The position numbers and the translations under genes are program-made. This document shows, one piece after another, positions 38,447 to 47,565 of a stretch of DNA of 64,000 bases. The number at the start of each line of letters is the position of its first letter. Position 1 is the first letter of the stretch. The stretch is from an uncultured bacterium (lineage in GTDB: Bacteria > Zhuqueibacterota > QNDG01 > DSAB01), in contig CAZIAH010000005.1 of the NCBI GenBank assembly GCA_964537715.1, positions 4,465-68,464 on the forward strand. The letters run 5' to 3'. The notes beneath the pieces are model-generated. The model did not search any database. It had not been told where the DNA came from and saw only the letters and a list, made by a program, of their open reading frames with translations.

Positions 38447-39209
38447 TGCTTATCGCTTCCGCCAGAACACTGGCAAAGTGTTTTACTTTTTTTGTATATC
38501 CCTGTTTGTCCAAACCGCCCTGTATATGCATCATACAGCTTGCATCGCCAAGCAGGATGGTATCTGCTTTGCAGGAAATAATATTATCGATTTTTTTCTG
38601 CAGCATGGCACCGCTTACATCAGCCATCTTTACACTAAACAAACCTCCGAAGCCACAACATGAATCAGAATCGGTCAACTCACTAATTTCAACATTCTGA
38701 ATTCCACCAATCAATTTGCGTGCTTGCAGTCCCAAATTAAGCTGGCGCAGACCATGACAGGAATCATGAAAGGCAACGTGACAGGGCTCAGACAATTTTC
38801 CACCCATTTTTTCAATGCCAAGGCCATCAACAATGAAGGCGCTTAATTCCCAGGTTTTTTCAGCTACATCCAAAGCACGCTGGTAATTTTTCGGATCATC
38901 TTTAAACAGCATCGGATACTCATGCTTTACCATGGCAACACAACTCCCGGAAGGCGATACGATAATTTCGCTTCCGACAAATACATCCAAAAAGTGTTCA
39001 GCCACCAATAATGCATCTTCGCGATAGCCGGCGTTAAAAGCGGGCTGACCGCAGCATGTCTGTTCCTTTGGAAAATCCACTTCAACACCCAGGTGCCGTA
39101 GAATTTTTACCGTAGCAACACCGATATCAGGGAAAAGCGAATCAATAAGACATGTAACAAAGAGTGATACTTTTTTACCCTTAAGATTTTTAGAACTTGA
39201 TTCGGCCAT
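38430..39209 (-). CDS. lutA: LutA-like (Fe-S)-binding oxidoreductase (cysteine-rich CCG domains, YkgE family)
   Basis: 259 aa. Two CCG motifs (TCCGQPAFNAGY, DSCCGFGGLFS). It overlaps the lutB start by 17 nt. Confidence 0.85.
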   Translation of the reverse strand: MAESSSKNLKGKKVSLFVTCLIDSLFPDIGVATVKILRHLGVEVDFPKEQTCCGQPAFNAGYREDALLVAEHFLDVFVGSEIIVSPSGSCVAMVKHEYPMLFKDDPKNYQRALDVAEKTWELSAFIVDGLGIEKMGGKLSEPCHVAFHDSCHGLRQLNLGLQARKLIGGIQNVEISELTDSDSCCGFGGLFSVKMADVSGAMLQKKIDNIISCKADTILLGDASCMMHIQGGLDKQGYTKKVKHFASVLAEAISNENQV

Positions 39210-39242
39210 TGAGGTTATCCTATTTTTTGATTTTAAAAAGGT

Positions 39243-39977
39243 TTAGTTACTGCCAAAAAAACGGGCATATAATTTATCAACTTCGTCTTTACCAATGGGC
39301 ACCAGATTCCCGATTGACTGCATATCAATAATCGAACGGACAATAAAATCAGTCACTTCAAGCTGGTCAAAAGCTTCCAAGATGCTACCGCCGGCCAACA
39401 AAATACATTCATTTTTAATAAGCAGCACCGAGTTATTGTGTGAGATGATATCAACAATTTCCTTGCGCAACTCACGTTCACGGCTGGAATGTTTTTCTAT
39501 TTCAAATTCCGGCAACCTGTCTTGGCGATGATCAAAAAAAGTGTTGGCGATATTTTCGCCAAGTTGTTCACTGGAGGGCAAAGCATAAGGCGCATAGCCG
39601 ACTTTACCACAAATATGGTTTGCTTGTGGGATAATATTTGTGTCGGAAATTTGGCGCATAATACTGAAGGAAACCAATGCTGGTGAATGCGCATGAACAA
39701 TTGCATTAAGATCGGGCCGTTTCTTATAAATCCAACAGTGAAAAGGATACTCTGACGAAACCTTGTTTTTTCCGACCACCGTTCCGTCTTTTTTTACACA
39801 CATGATATCTGACGGCTGCAATTTTCCCTTATCGATACCGGCGGGTGTAATCCAGGTATCGCCATTTTCATCGCGAATGGAAAAATTTCCCCCGTAAAGC
39901 GTCGTCATGCCGTTGTTATAAATGCGATTCATGAAGTGCACAATCTGATCGCGCGGATGTAAAAGATATAATTTCAT
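39243..39977 (-). CDS. rhaD: Class II aldolase (rhamnulose-1-phosphate / fuculose-1-phosphate aldolase family)
   Basis: 244 aa. FucA-like blocks GGNFSIR, SSEYPFHCWIY and DLNAIVHAHSPA. 4-nt overlap with the rhamnulokinase stop, so the rhaD call is by context. Confidence 0.55.
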   Translation of the reverse strand: MKLYLLHPRDQIVHFMNRIYNNGMTTLYGGNFSIRDENGDTWITPAGIDKGKLQPSDIMCVKKDGTVVGKNKVSSEYPFHCWIYKKRPDLNAIVHAHSPALVSFSIMRQISDTNIIPQANHICGKVGYAPYALPSSEQLGENIANTFFDHRQDRLPEFEIEKHSSRERELRKEIVDIISHNNSVLLIKNECILLAGGSILEAFDQLEVTDFIVRSIIDMQSIGNLVPIGKDEVDKLYARFFGSN

Positions 39978-41404
39978 AATGTCTGATATTTCCGATAAGC
40001 TGCTTCCCAGTCTGCCTGTTCCGCAGGTTGATATTGTTCAATTTCAACCAATTGGCTTACAAGTTTACGGCCTTCATCGAGGTTTTTAATTTCTCCCAGG
40101 CTGATCAACTGAACCAAAGCATTCCCCATCACTGTTGCCTCCACCGGACCTGCCTGGACTGGCAAACCGGTCGCATTGGCGGTCATCTGGTTTAATAATT
40201 TGTTTTGTGTGCCTCCGCCAACAATATGTAAAACATCAATTTGTTTGGCTGCTACACTTTTTACTTTATCCAGAACTTCGCGGTAAGCCAGAGCCAGGAT
40301 TTCCAATGCGCAACGAATGATCTCCCCTTCCGATTCAGGAACAGGTTGTTTGCTTTCCCGGCAGATGGTTCGGATGATTTCCGGGTGGTCGCCCGGTGCC
40401 AGCAAGCGTTCACCATTGGGATTGATAATCGATTTTAATGGAGTAGCCTGTTCCGCAAGCTTGGTTAACTCTGCATAGGAATACGATTTTCCTTTTTCCT
40501 GCCAGGTCTTGCGGCACTGTTGCACAATCCACAAACCAACCACGTTTTTGAGCAAACGGAAGGTATTATTCACACCACCTTCGTTGGTGATATTGGCTTG
40601 CAAAGCACTTTCGTTGATGACCGGAGTCTTACTTTCAATCCCGACCAGGCTCCAGGTGCCGCTGCTGATATAAGCAAAATTTGGAGTTTTCGCAGGCACG
40701 GACGTCACCGCGCTGCCTGTGTCGTGACAAGCCGGTGCAATGACCGGGATACCATCGTATTCACCAATTTTTGTTCCCGGCATAACAATTTCCGGAAAAA
40801 TATCTTTGGGGATCCCCAAGGCTGTTATTAGCTCATAGTCCCAGTTTTTCGCGATAGGATTGTACAACTGCGTCGTTGTCGCATTGCTGAACTCGCAGAT
40901 TTTATTTCCGGTGAACCAAAAGTTTAACAAATCCGGGATTGTCAGGAAGGTTTTCGCTGCGGATAAATGAGCGGAATGCTGCACAACAAGGCTTTTCAAT
41001 TGGTAGATCGTGTTAAATGGCAAAAACTGTATGCCTGTTTTTTTAAACACTTCGGCTTTGGGAACCGAAGCAAAAACTTTATCCATCATGCCATCGTTTC
41101 GTGTATCGCGGTAATGGACCGGAATTCCCAGCAAATCGCCTTTTTCGTCGAGCAAGGCAAAATCTATGCCCCAGGTATCAACTCCCAACGATGCCGGTTT
41201 GTATTTCTTGCCTTTTTCAACACCGGTTAAAATATCATGCCAGAGTTGCAGGATGTTCCAGTGCAATGTTCCATTCAGCATCACGGGAATATTAGAGAAG
41301 CGATGCAGTTCTTCAATTTGCAGGGAATTGCTGTCGAAATGAACAGCCATTACCCGGCCTGATTCAGCACCAAGATCTATTGCTAATACTGTTTTCTTCT
41401 TCAT
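39974..41404 (-). CDS. rhaB: Rhamnulokinase (FGGY carbohydrate kinase)
   Basis: 476 aa. Extensive block conservation with E. coli RhaB: AIDLGAESGRVM, HRFSN, GVDTWGIDFALLD, YRDTRN, GIQFLPFNTIYQL, NATTTQL, ISSGTWSL, ANITNEGG, LHIVGGGTQNKLLNQ, GPVEAT. Confidence 0.9.
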   Translation of the reverse strand: MKKKTVLAIDLGAESGRVMAVHFDSNSLQIEELHRFSNIPVMLNGTLHWNILQLWHDILTGVEKGKKYKPASLGVDTWGIDFALLDEKGDLLGIPVHYRDTRNDGMMDKVFASVPKAEVFKKTGIQFLPFNTIYQLKSLVVQHSAHLSAAKTFLTIPDLLNFWFTGNKICEFSNATTTQLYNPIAKNWDYELITALGIPKDIFPEIVMPGTKIGEYDGIPVIAPACHDTGSAVTSVPAKTPNFAYISSGTWSLVGIESKTPVINESALQANITNEGGVNNTFRLLKNVVGLWIVQQCRKTWQEKGKSYSYAELTKLAEQATPLKSIINPNGERLLAPGDHPEIIRTICRESKQPVPESEGEIIRCALEILALAYREVLDKVKSVAAKQIDVLHIVGGGTQNKLLNQMTANATGLPVQAGPVEATVMGNALVQLISLGEIKNLDEGRKLVSQLVEIEQYQPAEQADWEAAYRKYQTL

Positions 41405-41491
41405 TTTTTCTCAAAATTATATGATTTAAGGTTCATCAAATAGATTGCTACACCTGTCACAAACGGACGCGCTATGACAATTTCCGCTCAC

Positions 41492-41512
41492 TGCGATCGC
41501 GATAATATCGCA
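41492..41512 (-). promoter_or_regulatory. Composite palindrome TGCGAT-N9-ATCGCA with nested GCGATCGC and GCGATA-N-TATCGC, upstream of the rhaB operon
   Basis: Plus strand tgcgatcgcgataatatcgca. About 88 nt upstream of the rhaB ATG. A TATAAT -10 (complement 41416-41421) lies about 12 nt from the ATG. Confidence 0.35.
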
Positions 41513-41538
41513 AATTTTTGACGCCATTCTTCTAAAAG

Positions 41539-44500
41539 TCATCGAATCAGCGCCATTTTTCTGGTTTTATTAAAATAGCCGGTTTTTATTGTATAAAAGT
41601 AAATACCTGACGGCAAGTTTTTCATATCAAAAGTAAAATGATGCGCACCGGCTGGAATTTCTTCATTTATAAGCGTCTGAACTTCTTCACCAAGTACATT
41701 ATAGATCGATAATTTTACATGATCCTTTTTTGGTAAATCATAACGAATCGTTGTGGACGGATTAAATGGATTGGGAAAGTTTTGATATAACTGAAATTCA
41801 GTTGGAATACTATTATTGTTATCCGCAATTTCAATACCGGTTAAGGGCTCTGGCAAGATTGTTATTTCATCCAGGTTACCGAAATCATTTCCGGTAGCTG
41901 CAAAGCTGATCGTATTGTCATAACCCGTATTCAGAGTGACGCCAACGCTGTCATACACCCAATTTGTCCATTCACCTGTGCCTTGCATAGTTAAGTTTTG
42001 CGTTGTGCCATTCACAACTAAATTTCCAGTCCGGTTGGCATCACCTAAGGCGTATCGGAAAACCAGCGTACGCTCACCGCCACCGAAACCGGGCATATTG
42101 GTAAATTGGACGGCACTGTTACTGCTATTGGCTTCAAAGTTGGTAAAAGCAGTCCCGTGATAACCCAAATGATTATTTTCAACATATACGGTGCCAATGA
42201 GGGTGGCGTCTTCAGACTGAAATGTGAAATATAACCAGGGTCTGATACTTTGTATAGCAGTTGGGAATGATTCAATTTCACTTGTATCTGTGACGCTAAG
42301 TGTATAATAATATGTTCTTCCATATGTTAGGCCATCGTCAATATATGTATTCAAACTTTTATCCTGAGTATTAATTAATTCAAAGTCCATTCCACCTGTT
42401 TCGGAACGATAAATATTGACAGTGGAAATATTTTCGAAATCCTGAGTGTCCCAAATCAATATGATAGAATTTGTGTCATACCGGTAAGAAACACCGGTAG
42501 GAGTAGCTGGACGAATCGTAGGTGTTGCCTGTACGATATTAGAGTAGACAGACTCATTGTTTTCAATATCATAAGCCGTCACAGCGTAATAATAGGTAGA
42601 ATCGTTTGTAACGTTTGTATCCAGATAGGCGATAGCGGTTCCGACATCACTTAACAATGAAAGACTGTCCGCACTCTTTCCGCGATAAAGCCTGTATCCA
42701 GCCAGATCCAAATCTGAATTTTCGTCCCATTCAATTTGAACAGTATCATCCCAGGCCTGCGTTCGAATGTTCATAGGCTTTGATGGCGGCCTCAAACTAT
42801 CGGGAATGAACATACCAAATCCCAAATAAAATGATGTATGGGGAGGCTGGTTATAACTATCGTTCTGCCAGGCAATGCCTAACCTGTATACCGGATCATG
42901 CATCAGGGTTTTGATGCGATACTCTGTCAAATCAGTTGTAGTATAAATACGCAGATTATTATTGTCCTCTGTTCGCCAAATCACCTCTTCACGCCAGTCG
43001 CCAAAAAGATCCGCCTGCAAGCACGGATTAGCTTTTGTGTCGTTATTGGATGAACAACCATTTGCAAGAAGCAAAATACCGCCGCCATATTTACGGATAT
43101 TTGTGGCATCAAGTAGCTCCCGGCCAAGATCGCCATCCCACCACACAACATGGTTGGTTGATGACGGAACGGGCCCAACATATTCATTGTTCGCGCTTCT
43201 TAAACCATCGGTCCAGCCCCAGCATTCCATGCCAAAAAAACCTTCAACCAGATCACCGGCCGTTGCTCGTTTACCATCGGCATTGGCCGTTAACCAGAGA
43301 ACTTCTCCGGTACGGGCATCAACCAGGCCTGATCCAGGTCCGCTTCCTTCAAAACAACCCCATTTTTCCAATCCAGGTCTATCAGGGAGTATATCCGCTA
43401 AATGCATAGCGTCGCCTGTTTGTTTTCCGATGGCGCTTCTCAGTGTCCAAAGTCCGGTCCCGTCATCATCAATGGCACAGTTTCCATAAATGATCTCATC
43501 TTTATTGTCGCCATCCACATCAGCTACACTTAGGTTATGACTCCCCATTCCTGCCCAATTGGGATATCCTTCAGTGCTTTTAAAATGCCATCGCTTGACC
43601 AGTTCGCCATCAATCAAATCCCAGGCAGCAATTTCTATTTTTTCATAGATACCTCTTGCCCAAATAAAGCTTGGATTTTCACTGCCTAAATAAAGTACTG
43701 CGGCAAGAAAACGGTCCACACGGTTACCCCATGAATCTCCCCAGGAGCTTACACTGCCCCTCGCAGGCTCAAGATTGGTGGTAATCATTTCTGTACCATC
43801 TGTACCATTAAAAACAGTCAGGTATTCCGGCCCGGTGAGAATACGGCCGGTACCGTTTCTGTAATCAGCCGAATGATCAGCGCTGTCAGCGGGACCGGTA
43901 CTGATAAATTCCCCTGTACCATCTTTCGTACCGGGTGCCGTTCGGCACACAACTTCCGCTTTCCCATCTCCATTAAGATCATACACCATAAACGGGGTGT
44001 AATGGGCGCCGGCTCTGATATTAACTCCCAGATCGAGACGCCATAAAAGTGTGCCGTCCATTTCAAGCCCATCCATGATAATATCACCGGTATGTCCGTC
44101 ATGTGCATTATCCTTTGAATTGGATGGGTCCCACTTTAGAACAATTTCATATTCTCCATCACCATCCAAATCTCCGACGCTGCAATCGTTGGGACTGTAA
44201 GAATAGGATACGTCATCAGGTGTTGTTCCCCCTGCCGGCCTTTGCAAGGGGATAGTCAGATAGTTTTGTTGCCAGGGATAGACTATTTTTGACAAATCCT
44301 GCTCAACGCCATCCAGAACGCTGACTACAAAATATTGATCAGAGACCGTTCCGGTACTGTCCAGGAAATTTGTAGAAGCTGTAATTGGTTCTGTATTAAT
44401 CCTTTCCTGTCCACGATAAATATTGAAAGCAATCGTATCCGGATCTGTTGCCAGCAGCCTCCATCCAATGTAAACTCCGCCCTCTGTTGCGACAGCGACC

Positions 44501-44601
44501 AATCCGCGGTTCAATTCTTCTATCTGATATTGAGCATTTGCTACACCAAAAAATAGCAGGCATAATGCTAAAATAGAAAAGAATGATTTTGCTGGTTTCA
44601 T
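41539..44601 (-). CDS. PL11 rhamnogalacturonan lyase (beta-propeller) with fibronectin-III-like and carbohydrate-binding domains and T9SS CTD
   Basis: ORF 41539..44619. ATG 44601 gives MKPAKSFFSILALCLLFFGVANA. Repeated calcium-binding propeller motifs DLDGDGEYEIV, YDLNGDGKAEVV and DVDGDNKDEII typical of YesW/YesX. C-terminal LYQNFPNPFNPSTTIRYDL tail. Confidence 0.75.
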   Translation of the reverse strand: MKPAKSFFSILALCLLFFGVANAQYQIEELNRGLVAVATEGGVYIGWRLLATDPDTIAFNIYRGQERINTEPITASTNFLDSTGTVSDQYFVVSVLDGVEQDLSKIVYPWQQNYLTIPLQRPAGGTTPDDVSYSYSPNDCSVGDLDGDGEYEIVLKWDPSNSKDNAHDGHTGDIIMDGLEMDGTLLWRLDLGVNIRAGAHYTPFMVYDLNGDGKAEVVCRTAPGTKDGTGEFISTGPADSADHSADYRNGTGRILTGPEYLTVFNGTDGTEMITTNLEPARGSVSSWGDSWGNRVDRFLAAVLYLGSENPSFIWARGIYEKIEIAAWDLIDGELVKRWHFKSTEGYPNWAGMGSHNLSVADVDGDNKDEIIYGNCAIDDDGTGLWTLRSAIGKQTGDAMHLADILPDRPGLEKWGCFEGSGPGSGLVDARTGEVLWLTANADGKRATAGDLVEGFFGMECWGWTDGLRSANNEYVGPVPSSTNHVVWWDGDLGRELLDATNIRKYGGGILLLANGCSSNNDTKANPCLQADLFGDWREEVIWRTEDNNNLRIYTTTDLTEYRIKTLMHDPVYRLGIAWQNDSYNQPPHTSFYLGFGMFIPDSLRPPSKPMNIRTQAWDDTVQIEWDENSDLDLAGYRLYRGKSADSLSLLSDVGTAIAYLDTNVTNDSTYYYAVTAYDIENNESVYSNIVQATPTIRPATPTGVSYRYDTNSIILIWDTQDFENISTVNIYRSETGGMDFELINTQDKSLNTYIDDGLTYGRTYYYTLSVTDTSEIESFPTAIQSIRPWLYFTFQSEDATLIGTVYVENNHLGYHGTAFTNFEANSSNSAVQFTNMPGFGGGERTLVFRYALGDANRTGNLVVNGTTQNLTMQGTGEWTNWVYDSVGVTLNTGYDNTISFAATGNDFGNLDEITILPEPLTGIEIADNNNSIPTEFQLYQNFPNPFNPSTTIRYDLPKKDHVKLSIYNVLGEEVQTLINEEIPAGAHHFTFDMKNLPSGIYFYTIKTGYFNKTRKMALIR

Positions 44602-44649
44602 AACTCTCTGCATTCTCAAATTTTCAAGCTACTGTTGCTTTTGTATCTG

Positions 44650-47565
44650 CTACTCAACCTGCGTTGATTCCGGCCCGGTATATGAATCTTTCAGGCCACC
44701 TAAATCAATGACAATCTTTTGAATGACAATCCCCTGAGTTCGCCCCATGATTTTTAATGTATGCTTACCCGTTGAGGGTAAATAGATTTCTGACGCACTG
44801 ATCGTACAATTTCTCAGGACATTCTGTTTCCACTCATCCGAATATTCGGGGGCTGAAATATCAGGAATGAAAATTAATCCGTCGTCGATGGTGAATGCGT
44901 ATGTTGCATGCTCCAGTGGATTTAATCGGAATATCGGGAGTGCATATACATAAACATGCGCTGTGCCAGAATTGAATGTGTAAAAATCGTACTCAGAGCT
45001 GACATCGATGGATGCTTGTGGATTTAGAATACGAGTTTTGGGATCACCGAATTGTATTGATTTGTTTTCAATGCCAAGTCCGTCAATAACAAGGAGCGGT
45101 ACTTCTTTACTATCTGTCTTTCGACGGAAATCAGCAGCGGGAATAGAAATGGTTCCATTCTGCTCCACAAACAGCCCTTTTAAATCGTCATGAGTAATAT
45201 GTTCAGGTTTAAAGGTCGACACAATAACCTGCTTTTTTTCATCACCCGAAGCAAATTCGATTTCACCAAAAACATATTTACCCGCAGGACGTTTATCCCA
45301 ATCAACAGACACAAAAATCCGTTGCTCGGATGGCGTTTCACCCGATGTTTGACTTAATGCGATCCATGCATCTGCAGAATTGATATACCACTTTAAAACG
45401 TCGCCTCCCTTATTTACAACATCAATATAATAGGCCTTTGGGGCATACGAATTAAAGGTTGGCAATACGGAAAATGGTGTGGGAGCGAAGCTGTTCTGTT
45501 CGTCACCTTCGGCACAAATGCCAAGCACTGGCTCATGCGGCAGTGTTATTGTGGAGACAGGCGGCATCCGGTGCACAGAAGAATGCCAGCCTTGTTTCAA
45601 TGACATCATTCCATTCCACTTACCATTTAAAAGTGCATTGTATTGGTCGGTAATCAATTGAAGACTATCTTGATATGCTTGTGTTAATTCTGCAAGTTCA
45701 TTTGTAATGGCCCGACCTTGTTTCGTGTACAAGCGGTTCTGCTGGGCGGTTAACATTTTTTTGTTCATTAAAGCTGCGGCTCTAACCGGATAGTATACCA
45801 ACTGGAAAAACGCCGGTTTTAAAGCAGCTGGCAGCTCCGCCAACATTCGGCTTGCTCTGCGTGCGATGGTGTCATAGGAATGAAGTCTTTTCTCCGCTTC
45901 ATGAAATTGAAAAAACGAAAAATCGGTATCGACGATGATTTCGGTATTTGCTTGTGGGCTATTCCATTCGTATCCCCAGCCCATATACTCGGGTTTACGG
46001 ATAAATGCCAGGTGATTGAAATTATCCCAGATGTCCTGAAGTTCACGTTCATACTGATTGCCCACCATTTGAGCACACCAATGGGCATGATATTTATTCA
46101 CGACATCGTAATCAAATTTATCTATATCCCATGCCATATCCAGAAATAAATTCATTGAATATTCACACGCTTTAATGTCACCCACATTTACCACCCAGAC
46201 ACGATCGGCTCCGGTACGATATGCTTTGCTCAATTCTTCATACATAAATGCAGGGGATGTGGTACTCATCCACAGGTAATTGTGCGGCGAACCAAGATAT
46301 GAGACATGATAATAAACACCAGCGCGCCCAGATCGTTTTTGCTCGTCGGGTGTGCTCAATCGCTTTATATATCCATAATTGTCATCCGGCCAAACCAGGG
46401 TTACGTCATCGGGAACCTTAACGCCTTGCTCATATAGCTCCATCACCTCTTTGTATGGTATTAGTACCTGCGGTATGGATTCGAGTGGGGCGTTGATATA
46501 TTTTTTTAGAATTGCGCGTTGGTCGGCAATGGCATGTTCCAGATTGAGCACCTTCTCACCCAATGTAAGGTCCCCAATCATTGCTGCATCATGCAGGCCC
46601 CGCAAAGCTAAGGTATAAACATTTTCGAAAGCGGCATTGGATTTTACGCGTTGTTCCAACTGTTTCAATATTCCGGCTTTATTCGTTTTATAGTTCCATT
46701 CGCCCATTGTTTTCTTGTCCCATTCACTCGCGTTATTGAACAACAGAGGTTCGCAATGGGATGATCCCATGACAATGGCAAAACTATCAGCAACCATTTT
46801 ATTGGTGGGATATTTATTGAATGCGCCGCTGCATTCATGCATCGCGGGCCAGAGATAATTGGCTTTCAAGCGCAACAGGAGTTCACATACTTTTGCGTAT
46901 GTTTTGGGGCCAATGTCATTCAGAGTTGGATCCATTAATTTCGACGCCCAGGGTTTCATTCCCCAATCTTCGTCATTAATGAAAACACCCCGATATTTAA
47001 CTGATGGTGCTTTGGAGATATAATAGGGTGTATTTACATAAGCAGATTCACGTTTCTGAGCAGGCACATCGGCCCACCAATACCAGGGTGATACACCCAA
47101 TGCTTCTGAAATTGAAAAAACACCATAAGCTGTACCACGGCGATCACTGCCGGCAATGACTAACGCCTTTTTTACAGAGGGAAAAGGGTTATCAACACTT
47201 TGAATGATAAATCGTTCCCACTTCGATAGAATGGGATCGACGTCTATTTTGTGCAATTGGATTAACGTGTCGATTAGCTGACTATGACCGATCGTACCAA
47301 TTAATACAACATTATTCCCAAATAAATTTTTAGATGTCGTCAAGGTTGCCTTCTTGCCGGTCATTTGCTCAATATCCTGAACGAAGAAAACCGCCACTTT
47401 TTTAACCACTGCATAATCCGCAGGATCATAATATACATTACACACTTTTGTACCATTGCATATAGGAAATACACGCTTTCCATGATCAGGTTGATTGTCG
47501 ATTTTTATTTGTGAAAACACAATTTGCGGTATTAGAACTATGCCTAATAGCAAACTTTTTCTCAT
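44650..47565 (-). CDS. GH115 alpha-(4-O-methyl)-glucuronidase family protein, secreted
   Basis: 971 aa. Signal peptide. N-terminal GTAYGVFSISEALGVSPWYWWADVP block recalled as GH115-specific. 4-nt overlap with the upstream GH2 stop. Confidence 0.65.
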   Translation of the reverse strand: MRKSLLLGIVLIPQIVFSQIKIDNQPDHGKRVFPICNGTKVCNVYYDPADYAVVKKVAVFFVQDIEQMTGKKATLTTSKNLFGNNVVLIGTIGHSQLIDTLIQLHKIDVDPILSKWERFIIQSVDNPFPSVKKALVIAGSDRRGTAYGVFSISEALGVSPWYWWADVPAQKRESAYVNTPYYISKAPSVKYRGVFINDEDWGMKPWASKLMDPTLNDIGPKTYAKVCELLLRLKANYLWPAMHECSGAFNKYPTNKMVADSFAIVMGSSHCEPLLFNNASEWDKKTMGEWNYKTNKAGILKQLEQRVKSNAAFENVYTLALRGLHDAAMIGDLTLGEKVLNLEHAIADQRAILKKYINAPLESIPQVLIPYKEVMELYEQGVKVPDDVTLVWPDDNYGYIKRLSTPDEQKRSGRAGVYYHVSYLGSPHNYLWMSTTSPAFMYEELSKAYRTGADRVWVVNVGDIKACEYSMNLFLDMAWDIDKFDYDVVNKYHAHWCAQMVGNQYERELQDIWDNFNHLAFIRKPEYMGWGYEWNSPQANTEIIVDTDFSFFQFHEAEKRLHSYDTIARRASRMLAELPAALKPAFFQLVYYPVRAAALMNKKMLTAQQNRLYTKQGRAITNELAELTQAYQDSLQLITDQYNALLNGKWNGMMSLKQGWHSSVHRMPPVSTITLPHEPVLGICAEGDEQNSFAPTPFSVLPTFNSYAPKAYYIDVVNKGGDVLKWYINSADAWIALSQTSGETPSEQRIFVSVDWDKRPAGKYVFGEIEFASGDEKKQVIVSTFKPEHITHDDLKGLFVEQNGTISIPAADFRRKTDSKEVPLLVIDGLGIENKSIQFGDPKTRILNPQASIDVSSEYDFYTFNSGTAHVYVYALPIFRLNPLEHATYAFTIDDGLIFIPDISAPEYSDEWKQNVLRNCTISASEIYLPSTGKHTLKIMGRTQGIVIQKIVIDLGGLKDSYTGPESTQVE

